Below, piece after piece: positions 1-14,493 of a stretch of DNA of 64,000 nt. The notes beneath the pieces are model-generated. The model saw nothing but the letters and a program-made list of their open reading frames with translations, searched no databases and was not told the DNA's origin. The translations under genes were made by a program, and so were the position numbers. This stretch comes from an uncultured SAR86 cluster bacterium (GTDB taxonomy: Bacteria; Pseudomonadota; Gammaproteobacteria; Magnimaribacterales; D2472). The stretch lies in NCBI GenBank assembly GCA_902624425.1, contig CACNXK010000004.1, positions 32,547-96,546 of the forward strand. The letters are read 5' to 3'. Positions within the stretch are counted from its first letter, which is position 1. Every line of letters begins with the position of its first letter.

Positions 1-1
1 A

Positions 2-2431
2 TCATTTGATAACAAAAGATCTGTTGGATTAATATCTAGCCAAGATGAAGAGATTTTAATTCGCTCCAAAGATAATCTAAGAACAATATCTCAACTAGAA
101 GATATTCCTATAATTAAAAATAGTTCTCAGCTTATAAAACTTTCTGATATCGCAACTATTTCTCAAAAAGCTGTTACACCAATAGAAAGTTATTCAATAG
201 TAGATGGAAAGCCTTCAGTCATCGTTGAAGTTTCAGGCTCTTTCAATCAAAGAATAGATGAGTATGTAAAAAGGGCGAATCAAGTTGTCGAGGAATTTAG
301 GCAAGGATTGCCCGAAGAGATAGCTGTTATACCAATATATGAAGAATCCTATTACCTTGACAATAGATTTAGTGAGCTAACATCAAGTATAGGCTTTGCT
401 TTCATTTTAGTTCTTCTATTGAGTGCATTTCTTCTTGGCTTGAGATCAGCAATTCTTGTAGCACTTATTCTTCCTTTGACTTTGTCTTCTGTTTTATTTA
501 TTTGCCAACTAATTGGATTGCCCCTTCATCAAACTTCAATAACTGGAATGATCATTGCATTAGGTCTCCTCATTGATAATGCAATTATAGTTGTGGAGGA
601 TTACAGATTCAGGAGATTGGATGGAATGCCTTCGAAAAAAGCGATCTACGCATCTGTGAAACACTTACTCCTGCCTTTGCTGGCAGCAACCGCAACAACA
701 GCGTTAGCATTTATGCCAATCGCTGTTGGCGAAGGCCCAAGTAATGAATTTGTTGGAGGCATGGCTAAAACTTTAATAATGGCAGTCACATCATCTCTTT
801 TTCTATCCCTAACAGTAGTCCTTCCAACTTTACATTACTTGGAGAGGATCCCTTTATTTTCATCTGATAGGCTAAGTAAAGGATACTCAAATGAAAAGCT
901 CTACAAACAATATAAGTCTTCATTGGTTTGGGCGCTCTCTAAACCAAGTAGAGCAATTATGATTTCTTTTTCAATGCCGTTAGTTGGTTTCTTATTATTC
1001 TCAACGCTCGAAAGAGATTTTTTTCCTGCGAATGACAGAAATATGTTCCAAGTAAGAATCGAGCTACCAAAAAATAGTTCAGTAAACGCAACAAAAGAAA
1101 AAGTAAATGATGTAAGAGAGCAACTTTCAAAATACGATTTTATAGAAAGAGATTTCTGGTTCGTTGGCAGGAATTTGCCAAGAATTCTCTCAAACGTTGT
1201 TGGTGGTAATAGCGCTCTTGGGAACAATAATGAAGCAAATGCCATTTACTTTACTTCAAGTTATTGGAGTATGAAAAATAATATAGATATGATTGCCAAA
1301 GATCTAGTAAAAAATAATCCTGAAGTACGAATTATTGTTGACCAATTTACATCTGGTCCACCAGTTTTTTCAGATATCGAGTATAGGATTATGGGAGAAA
1401 ATCAAGATATATTAACTGAACTTGGTAACAGGCTTGAGCTTATTCTTAGCAAGGCACCAGATGTTTATCTCACTCGTTCACAATCAAACGAATATGAAAC
1501 AAATCTAGAAATAGATTTTGATAATCCGAGCATTGCTTTTTCGTCAAATGACATGAATGGACTTATAAATGAGATTAATTTTGCAAGTAAAGGGATGATT
1601 ATTGGAACAATGCTTGATGGGAATAAAGAGTTGCCAATTAGATTAAAGAGGGATACGGATGCAGCCTCTGATATTTCACAAACTTCTCTCTTATCTGTTT
1701 CTGGAAGGAATGGCATTGAATACATAGAGAATTTCTCAGATATAAGGCTTGCTCGAAAGCTAGGTGGTTTTGCAAGATATAACGGAGAAAGAGAAAATGG
1801 AGTAAAAGCATGGATATGGCCAAGATCTCTGCCATCTGTGTCAGAAGCATTTTTAGTAAAGGATATAGAAGAATTTAAAAACAACCTTCCTCAAGGATAT
1901 AGACTTGAACAAGATGGCGAAGCAGCAAGCAGTGCAGAATCAAATTCTCAGTTATTTGCATCTGCAATCGTGTTTTTCATTTTAATTTTGGTTGGGCTTG
2001 TTTTTGCACTTAACTCATTTAGGCAAACACTTTTAATATCTTCAGTTGCAGGTCTTTGCATTGGCCTAGCTTTACTTGGCCTTGTTGTAGGCATGCAAAA
2101 CTTTGGGTTTATTGGATTAGTGGGCGCCATTGGATTAGCAGGGCTTGCAATTAATGATTCAATCGTTGTCTTAGCTGCTCTTAAGGAAGATTCAGAAAAA
2201 GGAGATTATGATTTAAGCGGCGTAATCCAAACCGTAGTAAGGGCCACAAGGCACATTATTACAACTACAGCTACGACTATTGGCGGTTTGTTTCCTTTAA
2301 TATTGACTAGCATCTTCTTTCAGCCACTTGCTTGGGCTATGTCTGTCGGAGTAATTGGAGCATCATTAATAGCTTTATTTTATATACCAGCTATGTTTAT
2401 GATGCTAAATAAAATACCAAGGACTATTTAA
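2..2431 (+). CDS. RND (AcrB/CzcA-family) efflux permease, 5'-truncated by the window edge
   Basis: Frame is open from base 2. Motifs GMIIALGLLIDNAIIVVE, ATATTALAFMP and GLAINDSIV, with two transmembrane bundles separated by a periplasmic domain. Confidence 0.9.
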   Translation, partial: SFDNKRSVGLISSQDEEILIRSKDNLRTISQLEDIPIIKNSSQLIKLSDIATISQKAVTPIESYSIVDGKPSVIVEVSGSFNQRIDEYVKRANQVVEEFRQGLPEEIAVIPIYEESYYLDNRFSELTSSIGFAFILVLLLSAFLLGLRSAILVALILPLTLSSVLFICQLIGLPLHQTSITGMIIALGLLIDNAIIVVEDYRFRRLDGMPSKKAIYASVKHLLLPLLAATATTALAFMPIAVGEGPSNEFVGGMAKTLIMAVTSSLFLSLTVVLPTLHYLERIPLFSSDRLSKGYSNEKLYKQYKSSLVWALSKPSRAIMISFSMPLVGFLLFSTLERDFFPANDRNMFQVRIELPKNSSVNATKEKVNDVREQLSKYDFIERDFWFVGRNLPRILSNVVGGNSALGNNNEANAIYFTSSYWSMKNNIDMIAKDLVKNNPEVRIIVDQFTSGPPVFSDIEYRIMGENQDILTELGNRLELILSKAPDVYLTRSQSNEYETNLEIDFDNPSIAFSSNDMNGLINEINFASKGMIIGTMLDGNKELPIRLKRDTDAASDISQTSLLSVSGRNGIEYIENFSDIRLARKLGGFARYNGERENGVKAWIWPRSLPSVSEAFLVKDIEEFKNNLPQGYRLEQDGEAASSAESNSQLFASAIVFFILILVGLVFALNSFRQTLLISSVAGLCIGLALLGLVVGMQNFGFIGLVGAIGLAGLAINDSIVVLAALKEDSEKGDYDLSGVIQTVVRATRHIITTTATTIGGLFPLILTSIFFQPLAWAMSVGVIGASLIALFYIPAMFMMLNKIPRTI

Positions 2432-2612
2432 TACAGTTTCTAGAACAGTAAATATTGTTTTTACTTTTAATAGCTAGCTCTTCTGAGACAAAAGTCCCAC
2501 ATGTTATGCAAGAAGCCATCTCATTTTTTGAGATACGATCGATTTTATTTGATTTTAGAAAGTATCTAATTAAAAAAAATATTATTACTAATAAAGGAGC
2601 AACAATTTTCAA
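2424..2612 (-). CDS. small membrane-anchored Cys-motif protein (PP0621-like)
   Basis: N-terminal TM helix, then MASCITCGTFVS...YCSRNC; lies directly downstream of bamD; TTG start. Confidence 0.65.
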   Translation of the reverse strand: MKIVAPLLVIIFFLIRYFLKSNKIDRISKNEMASCITCGTFVSEELAIKSKNNIYCSRNCIK

Positions 2613-3458
2613 TTAATTAGTAGCACCTGAGAGTATAGTTCCTCCAATAATAAGAGGTAGAGAATTTGGAAGTGGAACATTTTGGAGAAAAGATCCAGTC
2701 GTAGTATCTGAATTAGGTGGAGGCGGATTAAGAGCAATCAATTTTTCAGTATCTTCAACAAGATCAGAATAGCCAAGTTCTTCATAAGATGTTTTTAAAA
2801 TCTGAAGCGCCCTATGATTTTGATTTGAATTTGGGATATTTTCTAAGACATAAGATGCTCTTCTAATTGCAGCAACATATGCTTTTCTTGTTACATAATA
2901 ATCAGCAGCTGCTAGCTCATTACTGGCAACAAGATTTCTTAAATAAATTAATCTTTGTTTTGCATAAGGAGCATACTGACTATCTGGAAATCTTGTCATG
3001 AATTCAGTTAGTTCTGAAAATGCTAGTTTAGCCCCAGAAACATCTCTTGAAGAAAGATCAGTATTTGTAACTCTTGCAAGAAGTCCTGCATCCTTTGTAT
3101 AGCTTGAAAGCCCTTTCATGAAATAAGCATAGTCAATATTGGGATGTCTTGGATGAAGCCTTATGAATCTCTCTGCTGACGAGTGAGCAGCCTCGGTTTC
3201 TCCATTCATAAAATAACAATAGACTAATTCAACTTGCGCTTGCTCTGCATATTTACCAAAAGGATATTGTGTTTCTATTCTTTGAAGTGATTCAATAGCG
3301 CCAAAATAATTATTAACTTTCATTCTTCTTTGCGCTGTATCGTAATAAACTTTTTCTGGTCTCTCGATTTCAACCTCATCCTTGCTGCATGACGAGATAA
3401 AAAAAGTACAAGCCAAAACTATTGGAAGCAACAGAATATTTTTAAGATTTCTATTCAT
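2613..3458 (-). CDS. bamD: outer membrane protein assembly lipoprotein BamD
   Basis: Lipobox ISSC; YPFGKYAEQAQ, FIRLHPRHPNIDYAYFMKGL and FPDSQYA; divergent from rluD. Confidence 0.95.
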   Translation of the reverse strand: MNRNLKNILLLPIVLACTFFISSCSKDEVEIERPEKVYYDTAQRRMKVNNYFGAIESLQRIETQYPFGKYAEQAQVELVYCYFMNGETEAAHSSAERFIRLHPRHPNIDYAYFMKGLSSYTKDAGLLARVTNTDLSSRDVSGAKLAFSELTEFMTRFPDSQYAPYAKQRLIYLRNLVASNELAAADYYVTRKAYVAAIRRASYVLENIPNSNQNHRALQILKTSYEELGYSDLVEDTEKLIALNPPPPNSDTTTGSFLQNVPLPNSLPLIIGGTILSGATN

Positions 3459-3509
3459 GGATGTTATTTTACTCTAATATTTGATTATAAATCTTAAAAA
3501 AAGTTCATT

Positions 3510-4451
3510 ATGTCAACAACAAAAAAAGTTCCAAAGGATTTAGAAAATTTGAGACTCGATAAAGCTGCTGCTGTTTTATTTGAAGAGTTCTCAAGAACGA
3601 AGTTGAAAGAATGGATTGTTTCAGGAAATATTTTATTAAATGGTGAGATGGCATCTCCAAGAGAAAAGGTTGATCTAGATGATGAAATTGAAGTCAACCC
3701 TGTAAATGATATTTCAACTGAATGGAAATCTGAGGAAATAGATTTTAATGTTTTGTATGAAACCGCAGACTTCTTTGTAGTAGATAAACCTATAAATTTG
3801 GTGATTCATCCAGGTGCAGGAATTTCAAATGGAACTCTTGCAAATGGTTTGCTTTTCAAGTTTCCTAAACTTGAGGAACTGCCAAGAGCAGGGATAGTTC
3901 ATCGTTTAGATAAAGATACTTCAGGGCTGCTTGTTGTAGCGAAAAGTGAAAAATTTAGATTGAATTTTATTGACCTTCTCCAGCAAAGAAAAGTAAAAAA
4001 GAAATATAAGGCGCTAGTGGTTGGAACACTGCGAGGAAATCTTGAAATAAACATTCCGATTGGGAGAGATAAAAATAATAGAACTAAGATGACTTGTAGA
4101 GATGATGGTAAAGAAGCAATAACTCATGTTAAAAGTATTGAGAATTACGGTGGATATTCACTCCTTGACGTTGAAATAGAAACTGGAAGAACTCACCAAA
4201 TAAGAGTACATCTGGCTCACAGGAAACTTCCAATAATAGGAGACAATACTTATAACACACGAAAAATAATTGCAAAAGAAACACCAGATGAGCTTAAATA
4301 TATTGTCAGATCTTTTCCAAGACAGGCTCTTCATGCCTATAAAATAGAATTTGAAATGCCAGGCACTGAGCAAAAGTTTTCATTTGAATCCAAAGCACCG
4401 CAAGATTTTCAAGAGTTAATTCAACAATTAAAAAGATTTAATCTTCCTTAA
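3510..4451 (+). CDS. rluD: 23S rRNA pseudouridine synthase RluD
   Basis: S4 domain, GIVHRLDKDTSGL, ETGRTHQIRVH, RQALHA. Confidence 0.93.
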   Translation: MSTTKKVPKDLENLRLDKAAAVLFEEFSRTKLKEWIVSGNILLNGEMASPREKVDLDDEIEVNPVNDISTEWKSEEIDFNVLYETADFFVVDKPINLVIHPGAGISNGTLANGLLFKFPKLEELPRAGIVHRLDKDTSGLLVVAKSEKFRLNFIDLLQQRKVKKKYKALVVGTLRGNLEINIPIGRDKNNRTKMTCRDDGKEAITHVKSIENYGGYSLLDVEIETGRTHQIRVHLAHRKLPIIGDNTYNTRKIIAKETPDELKYIVRSFPRQALHAYKIEFEMPGTEQKFSFESKAPQDFQELIQQLKRFNLP

Positions 4452-4518
4452 ATATGCTAAAAAGCTTGTTTTTATAAGCGATTTTAATGTATAAACCTCA
4501 AGCTTAAACTTTTTTATT

Positions 4519-6252
4519 ATGAAAATTGCAGGAAACGACATATTAATACAATCTCTGATAAATGAGGGTGTTGAATATATATTTGGTTATCCAGGCGGTG
4601 CTGCTTTACATATCTATGATGCTATTTTTAATCAAAAAGAAATGCAGCATATTTTAGTGAGGCATGAACAAGGGGCAACACACGCGGCTGATGGATATGC
4701 ACGAGCAACTGGTAAACCAGGCGTTGTTCTTGTAACTTCAGGACCTGGAGCAACAAATGCGATAACCGGCATTGCTACTGCATTTATGGATTCAATTCCT
4801 ATGATAGTTATTTCTGGACAAGTGCAAAGTCATTTAATTGGAACCGATGCCTTCCAGGAGACAGATATGATTGGTGTTTCAAGGCCCATCGTAAAGCATA
4901 GTTTCACAGTAGATAAACAGGAAAATATTGCACAAATTGTTGCTGAGGCCTTCCATATAGCTACATCGGGAAGGCAGGGCCCTGTTCTTATTGATATTCC
5001 TAAAGATTTAACAAACCCCGATGATTTATTTGACTTCGAATATCCAAAAAGTGTTCATATTAGATCCTATAATCCCCCTGTAAGGCCTGAAAATCACCAA
5101 GTATCCAGAGCAGTCGATGCAATGATTGCTTCTGAGAGACCAGTAATTTATGCAGGAGGAGGAACAATATCAAGTAATGCATCAGAAGAATTAAGGGAAC
5201 TAAATAAAATACTAGATTTTCCGGTAACAAATACATTAATGGGCTTGGGAGTTTTTCCAGGAACAGATAAAAGATTTTTGGGTATGCTTGGTATGCATGG
5301 TACTTATCAGGCAAATATGGCTATGCATAATGCAGATTTAATAATTGCATTGGGTGCAAGATTTGATGACAGAATTACAAATGCACCAGATAAATTTGCT
5401 CCAAGAGCAAAAGTCATACATTTTGATGTTGACCACTCATCGGTTTCAAAAATTATAGAAGCAGACATAGCTGTTTTCGGACAAATAAAAGACTCTTTAC
5501 AAGTTATTAACAACCATTTAAAGACCAGAAAAGAGGAAATTGACCATGAAAAGCTTATTCCGTGGCATGAACAGATTAATGAGTGGAGAAATAAGCATGG
5601 ACTCAATCATGATCTTTATAAAAATGAAGACGATGATTCACCAATATTACCTCAAGCAGCAGTTCAACATATTTATCAGGAGTCTAAAGGGAAGGCATTC
5701 GTAACTTCAGATGTGGGACAACATCAAATGTTTGCTGCTCAATATTATCATTTTGACGAACCAAGAAAATGGATTAATTCAGGTGGTCTTGGCACTATGG
5801 GTTTCGGTCTTCCTTCAGCAATGGGCGTTAAATTGGCATATCCAGATGAAGAAGTAATTTGTATTACTGGCGAAGGTAGTATTCAGATGTGTATCCAAGA
5901 GCTTTCTACATGTTCTCAATACAAACTTCCTGTAAAAATTTTTAATATTAACAATATGGCGCTTGGAATGGTTAAGCAATGGCAAGATATGAATTATGAT
6001 GGCCGACATTCTTCAATAAGCTATGAAGACTCTCTCCCTGATTTTGTTGGTTTAGTTGAGTCATATGGTCATGTTGGTATAAAAATTACTAAAAATTCAG
6101 AACTCAAGGATGGTATTGCTAAGGCATTATCTCTAAAAGATAAGCTAGTTTTTGTGGATATATATGTTGATCCTGAAGAACATGTTTATCCTATGCAGGT
6201 AGCAAATGGGAGCCTTAAAGATTTATGGCTTGGAAAAGGTGAAAAAACATGA
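4519..6252 (+). CDS. ilvI: acetolactate synthase large subunit
   Basis: FGYPGGA, VRHEQGATHAADGYAR, DVGQHQM, SGGLGTMGFGLP. Confidence 0.95.
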   Translation: MKIAGNDILIQSLINEGVEYIFGYPGGAALHIYDAIFNQKEMQHILVRHEQGATHAADGYARATGKPGVVLVTSGPGATNAITGIATAFMDSIPMIVISGQVQSHLIGTDAFQETDMIGVSRPIVKHSFTVDKQENIAQIVAEAFHIATSGRQGPVLIDIPKDLTNPDDLFDFEYPKSVHIRSYNPPVRPENHQVSRAVDAMIASERPVIYAGGGTISSNASEELRELNKILDFPVTNTLMGLGVFPGTDKRFLGMLGMHGTYQANMAMHNADLIIALGARFDDRITNAPDKFAPRAKVIHFDVDHSSVSKIIEADIAVFGQIKDSLQVINNHLKTRKEEIDHEKLIPWHEQINEWRNKHGLNHDLYKNEDDDSPILPQAAVQHIYQESKGKAFVTSDVGQHQMFAAQYYHFDEPRKWINSGGLGTMGFGLPSAMGVKLAYPDEEVICITGEGSIQMCIQELSTCSQYKLPVKIFNINNMALGMVKQWQDMNYDGRHSSISYEDSLPDFVGLVESYGHVGIKITKNSELKDGIAKALSLKDKLVFVDIYVDPEEHVYPMQVANGSLKDLWLGKGEKT

Positions 6253-6578
6253 TTCAAAGAAAGCTGACTCTAGTAATGGAAAATAAGCCAGGAGCACTTG
6301 CTAGAGTTGTAGGTCTTTTTCACCAAAGGGGCTATAACATTGATAGTCTTCATGTTGATCCGATTGAAGACTTTGAACCCTTTAGATTTATTGAAGATGA
6401 ATTAGGAATTAAATTCCAGGTCGGAGAAGTTTCAAGACTCACTATTAGAACAACAGTTGGCGATAGATTGATGAGACAAATCCTCAGACAAATTAATAAA
6501 CTTATTGAAGTAATTGCTGTAAGTGATGAAGAAAGTACTTATTTAAAAGGAATATTGAGAAATGAAAATCTATTATGA
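6249..6578 (+). CDS. ilvH: acetolactate synthase small (ACT) subunit, short form
   Basis: [24 protein letters not shown] and QINKLIEV; sits between ilvI and ilvC and overlaps both. Confidence 0.85.
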   Translation: MIQRKLTLVMENKPGALARVVGLFHQRGYNIDSLHVDPIEDFEPFRFIEDELGIKFQVGEVSRLTIRTTVGDRLMRQILRQINKLIEVIAVSDEESTYLKGILRNENLL

Positions 6579-7605
6579 TGACGATGCGAACTTGGAAATT
6601 ATCCAAGATCTGAAAGTTGCAGTAATTGGATATGGCTCGCAAGGGCATGCGCATGCTAATAATTTACATGATTCGGGAGTAGATATTACCGTTGGCTTGC
6701 GAGAGGGTTCATCTTCTTGGGAAAAGGCAGAATCTGCAGGGCTTAAAGTTTGCAGTATTGAGGATTCTGTAAAACATTCTGATTTAGTAATGATTCTTGC
6801 GCCTGATGAATTCCAAAGTAATTTGTACAAAAAGAAAATAGAACCCAACTTAAAGAATGGTGTTATTTTGGCTTTTGCTCATGGATTTAATATTCATTTT
6901 GACAAAATTAAACCATCTGACGACATAAGTATAATCATGATTGCTCCAAAAGGTCCTGGGCATACTGTAAGAAGTACTTATCTTGCAGGAGGGGGTGTTC
7001 CCTCGCTAATTGCGATCAAAAGAGACTCTATTTTAGGAAAAGATTTTAACGCAAAAGATGTCGCACTCTCATATGCTAAAGCTAATGGCGGAACTAGGGC
7101 AGGAGTTTTAGAGACTTCCTTTAGAGAAGAAACAGAAACAGATTTGTTTGGAGAACAAGCAGTCTTATGCGGCGGAATGACAGCATTAATAAAAGCTGGT
7201 TACGATACATTAGTAGAGGCAGGATATAGTCCTGAAATGGCTTATTTTGAGTGCTTACATGAAACTAAACTTATTGTTGATCTTCTACATGAAGGCGGCA
7301 TTTCAAACATGCATTACTCAATATCGAATACTGCTGAGTTTGGTGATTATTTAACAGGCCCGAGAATTATTACTGAAGATACAAAAAAAGAAATGAAAAA
7401 AGTTCTTGAGGATATTCAATCAGGGAGTTTTGCCGATAAGTTCCTTGATGATTGTCGTCAAAGTAATGATGGAAGTGGAGGCCCATTTCTTAAAAATAAT
7501 CGTGAAAAAACAAAGCAACACTCAATAGAATCTGTTGGAAAAGAACTCCGATCAAAGATGAAATTTTTAAGCGAAAAAAAGCTTGTTGATAAAGATAAAA
7601 ATTAA
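6562..7605 (+). CDS. ilvC: ketol-acid reductoisomerase
   Basis: [34 protein letters not shown]. Confidence 0.97.
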   Translation: MKIYYDDDANLEIIQDLKVAVIGYGSQGHAHANNLHDSGVDITVGLREGSSSWEKAESAGLKVCSIEDSVKHSDLVMILAPDEFQSNLYKKKIEPNLKNGVILAFAHGFNIHFDKIKPSDDISIIMIAPKGPGHTVRSTYLAGGGVPSLIAIKRDSILGKDFNAKDVALSYAKANGGTRAGVLETSFREETETDLFGEQAVLCGGMTALIKAGYDTLVEAGYSPEMAYFECLHETKLIVDLLHEGGISNMHYSISNTAEFGDYLTGPRIITEDTKKEMKKVLEDIQSGSFADKFLDDCRQSNDGSGGPFLKNNREKTKQHSIESVGKELRSKMKFLSEKKLVDKDKN

Positions 7606-7670
7606 CTCAAAAAAGTGATATCTTTTCTCATTATTTACGTGTAGAATTCACCTTCCGGCCTAGAGTCGGC

Positions 7671-7684
7671 AGTTCTTTAAACAT
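7671..7684 (+). promoter_or_regulatory. boxA-like antitermination element in the rRNA leader
   Basis: AGTTCTTTAAACAT resembles boxA (TGCTCTTTAACA); a TAGAAT -10 candidate lies at 7642-7647. Confidence 0.55.
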
Positions 7685-7766
7685 ATTTGGTTACTCGTGT
7701 GGGTGTTCAAAATACGAGAAAATTATAAAAACTTTGTCACAGTTTTTAAACGTGACACATTGATCA

Positions 7767-9300
<1,534 letters not shown>

Positions 9301-9488
9301 AAAATAATTTTGTATTTGAGGCCCACACGAGTAACCAAATTTAAAGAACAGGATATGTATGATCTTTGGTATGTAATTTTCTTGTGTAAAAGTAACTTTT
9401 TACACATAGATCACTGCAAGTAATTAAAAGTAATTAATATATTTTATTAAGTTACTCTCAAAAACCTATAACCTTTTTAAGGTTATAT

Positions 9489-12368
<2,880 letters not shown>

Positions 12369-12444
12369 TGTAACCTTAAGAAGGATTTACATGCGAAGTA
12401 ACTTAATACTTAACTTAAGTGATTATAAAAATTGCATACCAGTT

Positions 12445-12563
12445 TGCCTGATGACAATAGCAGTTTGGTCCCACCTGATCCCATTTCGAACTCAGAAGTG
12501 AAACGAACTAGCGCCGATGGTAGTGCAGGGCTTCCCTGTGTGAGAGTAGGACATCGTCAGGCT
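12445..12563 (+). rRNA. rrf: 5S rRNA
   Basis: TGCCTGATGAC...CCCACCTGATCCCAT..GAACTCAGAAGTGAAA...CGCCGATGGTAGT...GTCAGGC. Confidence 0.97.
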
Positions 12564-12572
12564 TTTTTATTC

Positions 12573-12602
12573 AAAAGCTCTCAAGAAATTGGGAGCTTTT
12601 TT
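12573..12602 (+). terminator. intrinsic terminator of the rRNA operon
   Basis: AAAAGCTCTCAA-GAAA-TTGGGAGCTTTTTT hairpin followed by a U tract. Confidence 0.85.
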
Positions 12603-12646
12603 TGTTTTAGGCTAGATTTATTATTAAAAGTGCAGATAATCTAATT

Positions 12647-13123
12647 ATGAATATTAAAGAAGACTTCAGACTTGCTTTAAGGGAACTAGTTTATCCCGTA
12701 TGTGTGGTATCTGCTCACAATCACGAAACTAAAGTAAATCATGCAATTACAGTTTCATCTGTAACATCTTTGTCATTTGATCCGCCTTCGATTCTTGTTT
12801 GTATAAATAAGGACTCAAGGATTCATTCATCTTTAAAAAAAGATAGCTATTTTAATGTCAGTTTCCTATCTTCTTCTCAATCCGAGATATCAAACCTTTG
12901 TGGAACTGATGAACTTTCTGATAAAAGATTTGAGAATGAATTTTGGGATTTCAAAAATGATGTAGGATTTATTAAAAATTCGCAATCAGTAATCTCATGT
13001 GTTATCAAAGAGATTACCAGCTATGGTTCTCATAGTGTATTTATTGGAAATGTAATAGAAGTTATAAAAAATAACGATACAAAACCTCTTCTATACGGGA
13101 AGGGAGATTATTTAGATATATAG
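12647..13123 (+). CDS. flavin reductase family protein (HpaC/RutF-like)
   Basis: FRLALR..VCVV, TVSSVTSLSFDPPSILVCIN, GSHSVFIG, PLLY. Confidence 0.9.
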   Translation: MNIKEDFRLALRELVYPVCVVSAHNHETKVNHAITVSSVTSLSFDPPSILVCINKDSRIHSSLKKDSYFNVSFLSSSQSEISNLCGTDELSDKRFENEFWDFKNDVGFIKNSQSVISCVIKEITSYGSHSVFIGNVIEVIKNNDTKPLLYGKGDYLDI

Positions 13124-13125
13124 TC

Positions 13126-13722
13126 ATGCTCATTGGATTAACAGGCGGAATAGGATCTGGTAAAAGTTTAGCTGGTGATTTTTTTAAAAGTAAAGATATT
13201 GATGTCATCGATGCAGATGACCTTGCTCATAATGCTCTTGATAAAGAGGGGGAAGGCTATAAGAAGTTTTTAGAAATATTTGGAGAAAATTTTCTTGATG
13301 AAAGTTCTGATATAAACAGGAAAGCACTACGGGAATATGTTTTTAAGAATCCAGAAATGAAAGTTAAACTAGAGGAGATAGTACATCCCATTGTTCAAAA
13401 AGGTATTTTAAACTTTATTAAAAAATCAAATAGTAAATACAGAATTATCATTGTTCCTCTTATTGCAGAAACAAAGAGTTCTTCGTTTTACGATCGAGTT
13501 TTAGCAATAGAATGCGCAAAAGGGATTCAATTGGAAAGAGCTACAAAAAGAGATAGCTCTAATGAAGAGCAAATCTTAAGAATAATAAAATCCCAAGCCT
13601 CTACAGAAGAAAGAAACAAGATAGCTAATGATGTAGTTGTAAATAATGGGACTAAAGAGGAGTTTATGATAAATCTTGAAGGTATCCATAAAAAATATTT
13701 AAATCTTTTAGAAAATGATTAA
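13126..13722 (+). CDS. coaE: dephospho-CoA kinase
   Basis: [23 protein letters not shown]. Confidence 0.95.
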   Translation: MLIGLTGGIGSGKSLAGDFFKSKDIDVIDADDLAHNALDKEGEGYKKFLEIFGENFLDESSDINRKALREYVFKNPEMKVKLEEIVHPIVQKGILNFIKKSNSKYRIIIVPLIAETKSSSFYDRVLAIECAKGIQLERATKRDSSNEEQILRIIKSQASTEERNKIANDVVVNNGTKEEFMINLEGIHKKYLNLLEND

Positions 13723-13879
13723 TTGCCCAAATTGTGAAAAAAAAGTAAGCATTGATAGCTCGAATGAATATAGACCATTTTGTTCAAAGAAATGTAAGCT
13801 AATAGACCTTGGCGAATGGGCAAATGAAGGTAAAAAGATTTCGAGACCAATTCAGTCAGAAGATTTCTATGAAGATTGA
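13715..13879 (+). CDS. yacG: DNA gyrase inhibitor YacG (54 aa; absent from the ORF track)
   Basis: Hand translation [54 protein letters not shown], carrying the CPxC...[17 protein letters not shown] signature; overlaps the coaE stop. Confidence 0.95.
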   Translation: MINCPNCEKKVSIDSSNEYRPFCSKKCKLIDLGEWANEGKKISRPIQSEDFYED

Positions 13880-14493
13880 CTAAACATTGATATTCCTGCG
13901 ATACCATGAGCATTGTTTTTGGAGGCAATTTCAAAATTTTCATGAGATAACCCTCCTACAGCATAAGTTTTTATTAATTGATTCTGTGTAAGGTTTGAGA
14001 ATCTTTCCCACCCAATACCTTTCGTAACAACCTTTCCGTTAATGCGCTTATCTTCAACTGGACCTAAAATACAATAGTCTAAATTTAAGTCACTTGATAG
14101 ATTTATCTCATCTGAATTGTGACAGGAGCTACCGAGAGTTTTTTCATTTTCAAAATATCTGATGAGATCAGTTTTATTTAATTTCTTAAGAAGAGAGCTT
14201 GTAAAATGAGCACCATGACCGTGAGAGATCAGATCATCCATCTCTAAAAAATAATCCAAACTATTGAAATGAAGAAGACATGGCAACTTTCCCATTAATG
14301 ACTGCATTATTCTCTCAGCTAATTTTTTATATTCGTCTTTACCCAAAGATTTATTTCGAATAATAAGAAATTCAATTTTATGATGATTGTTATGAATTAA
14401 CTCAAGATTTTCTATGTATGAACTTATATTATTAATAGAGAGATCAGGCGTTATAGCGATGGTGCCAAAATCTTTTTTTAAACTATTCTCCAT
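13867..14493 (-). CDS. thiamine-phosphate-synthase-like (TMP-TENI) domain protein
   Basis: [42 protein letters not shown]; directly downstream of secA. Confidence 0.8.
   Translation of the reverse strand: MENSLKKDFGTIAITPDLSINNISSYIENLELIHNNHHKIEFLIIRNKSLGKDEYKKLAERIMQSLMGKLPCLLHFNSLDYFLEMDDLISHGHGAHFTSSLLKKLNKTDLIRYFENEKTLGSSCHNSDEINLSSDLNLDYCILGPVEDKRINGKVVTKGIGWERFSNLTQNQLIKTYAVGGLSHENFEIASKNNAHGIAGISMFSQSS

Noticed and set aside
13719-13943. 74-aa minus-strand ORF
   Set aside because: Antisense to the real yacG and overlaps the TenI-like gene; no recognisable motifs
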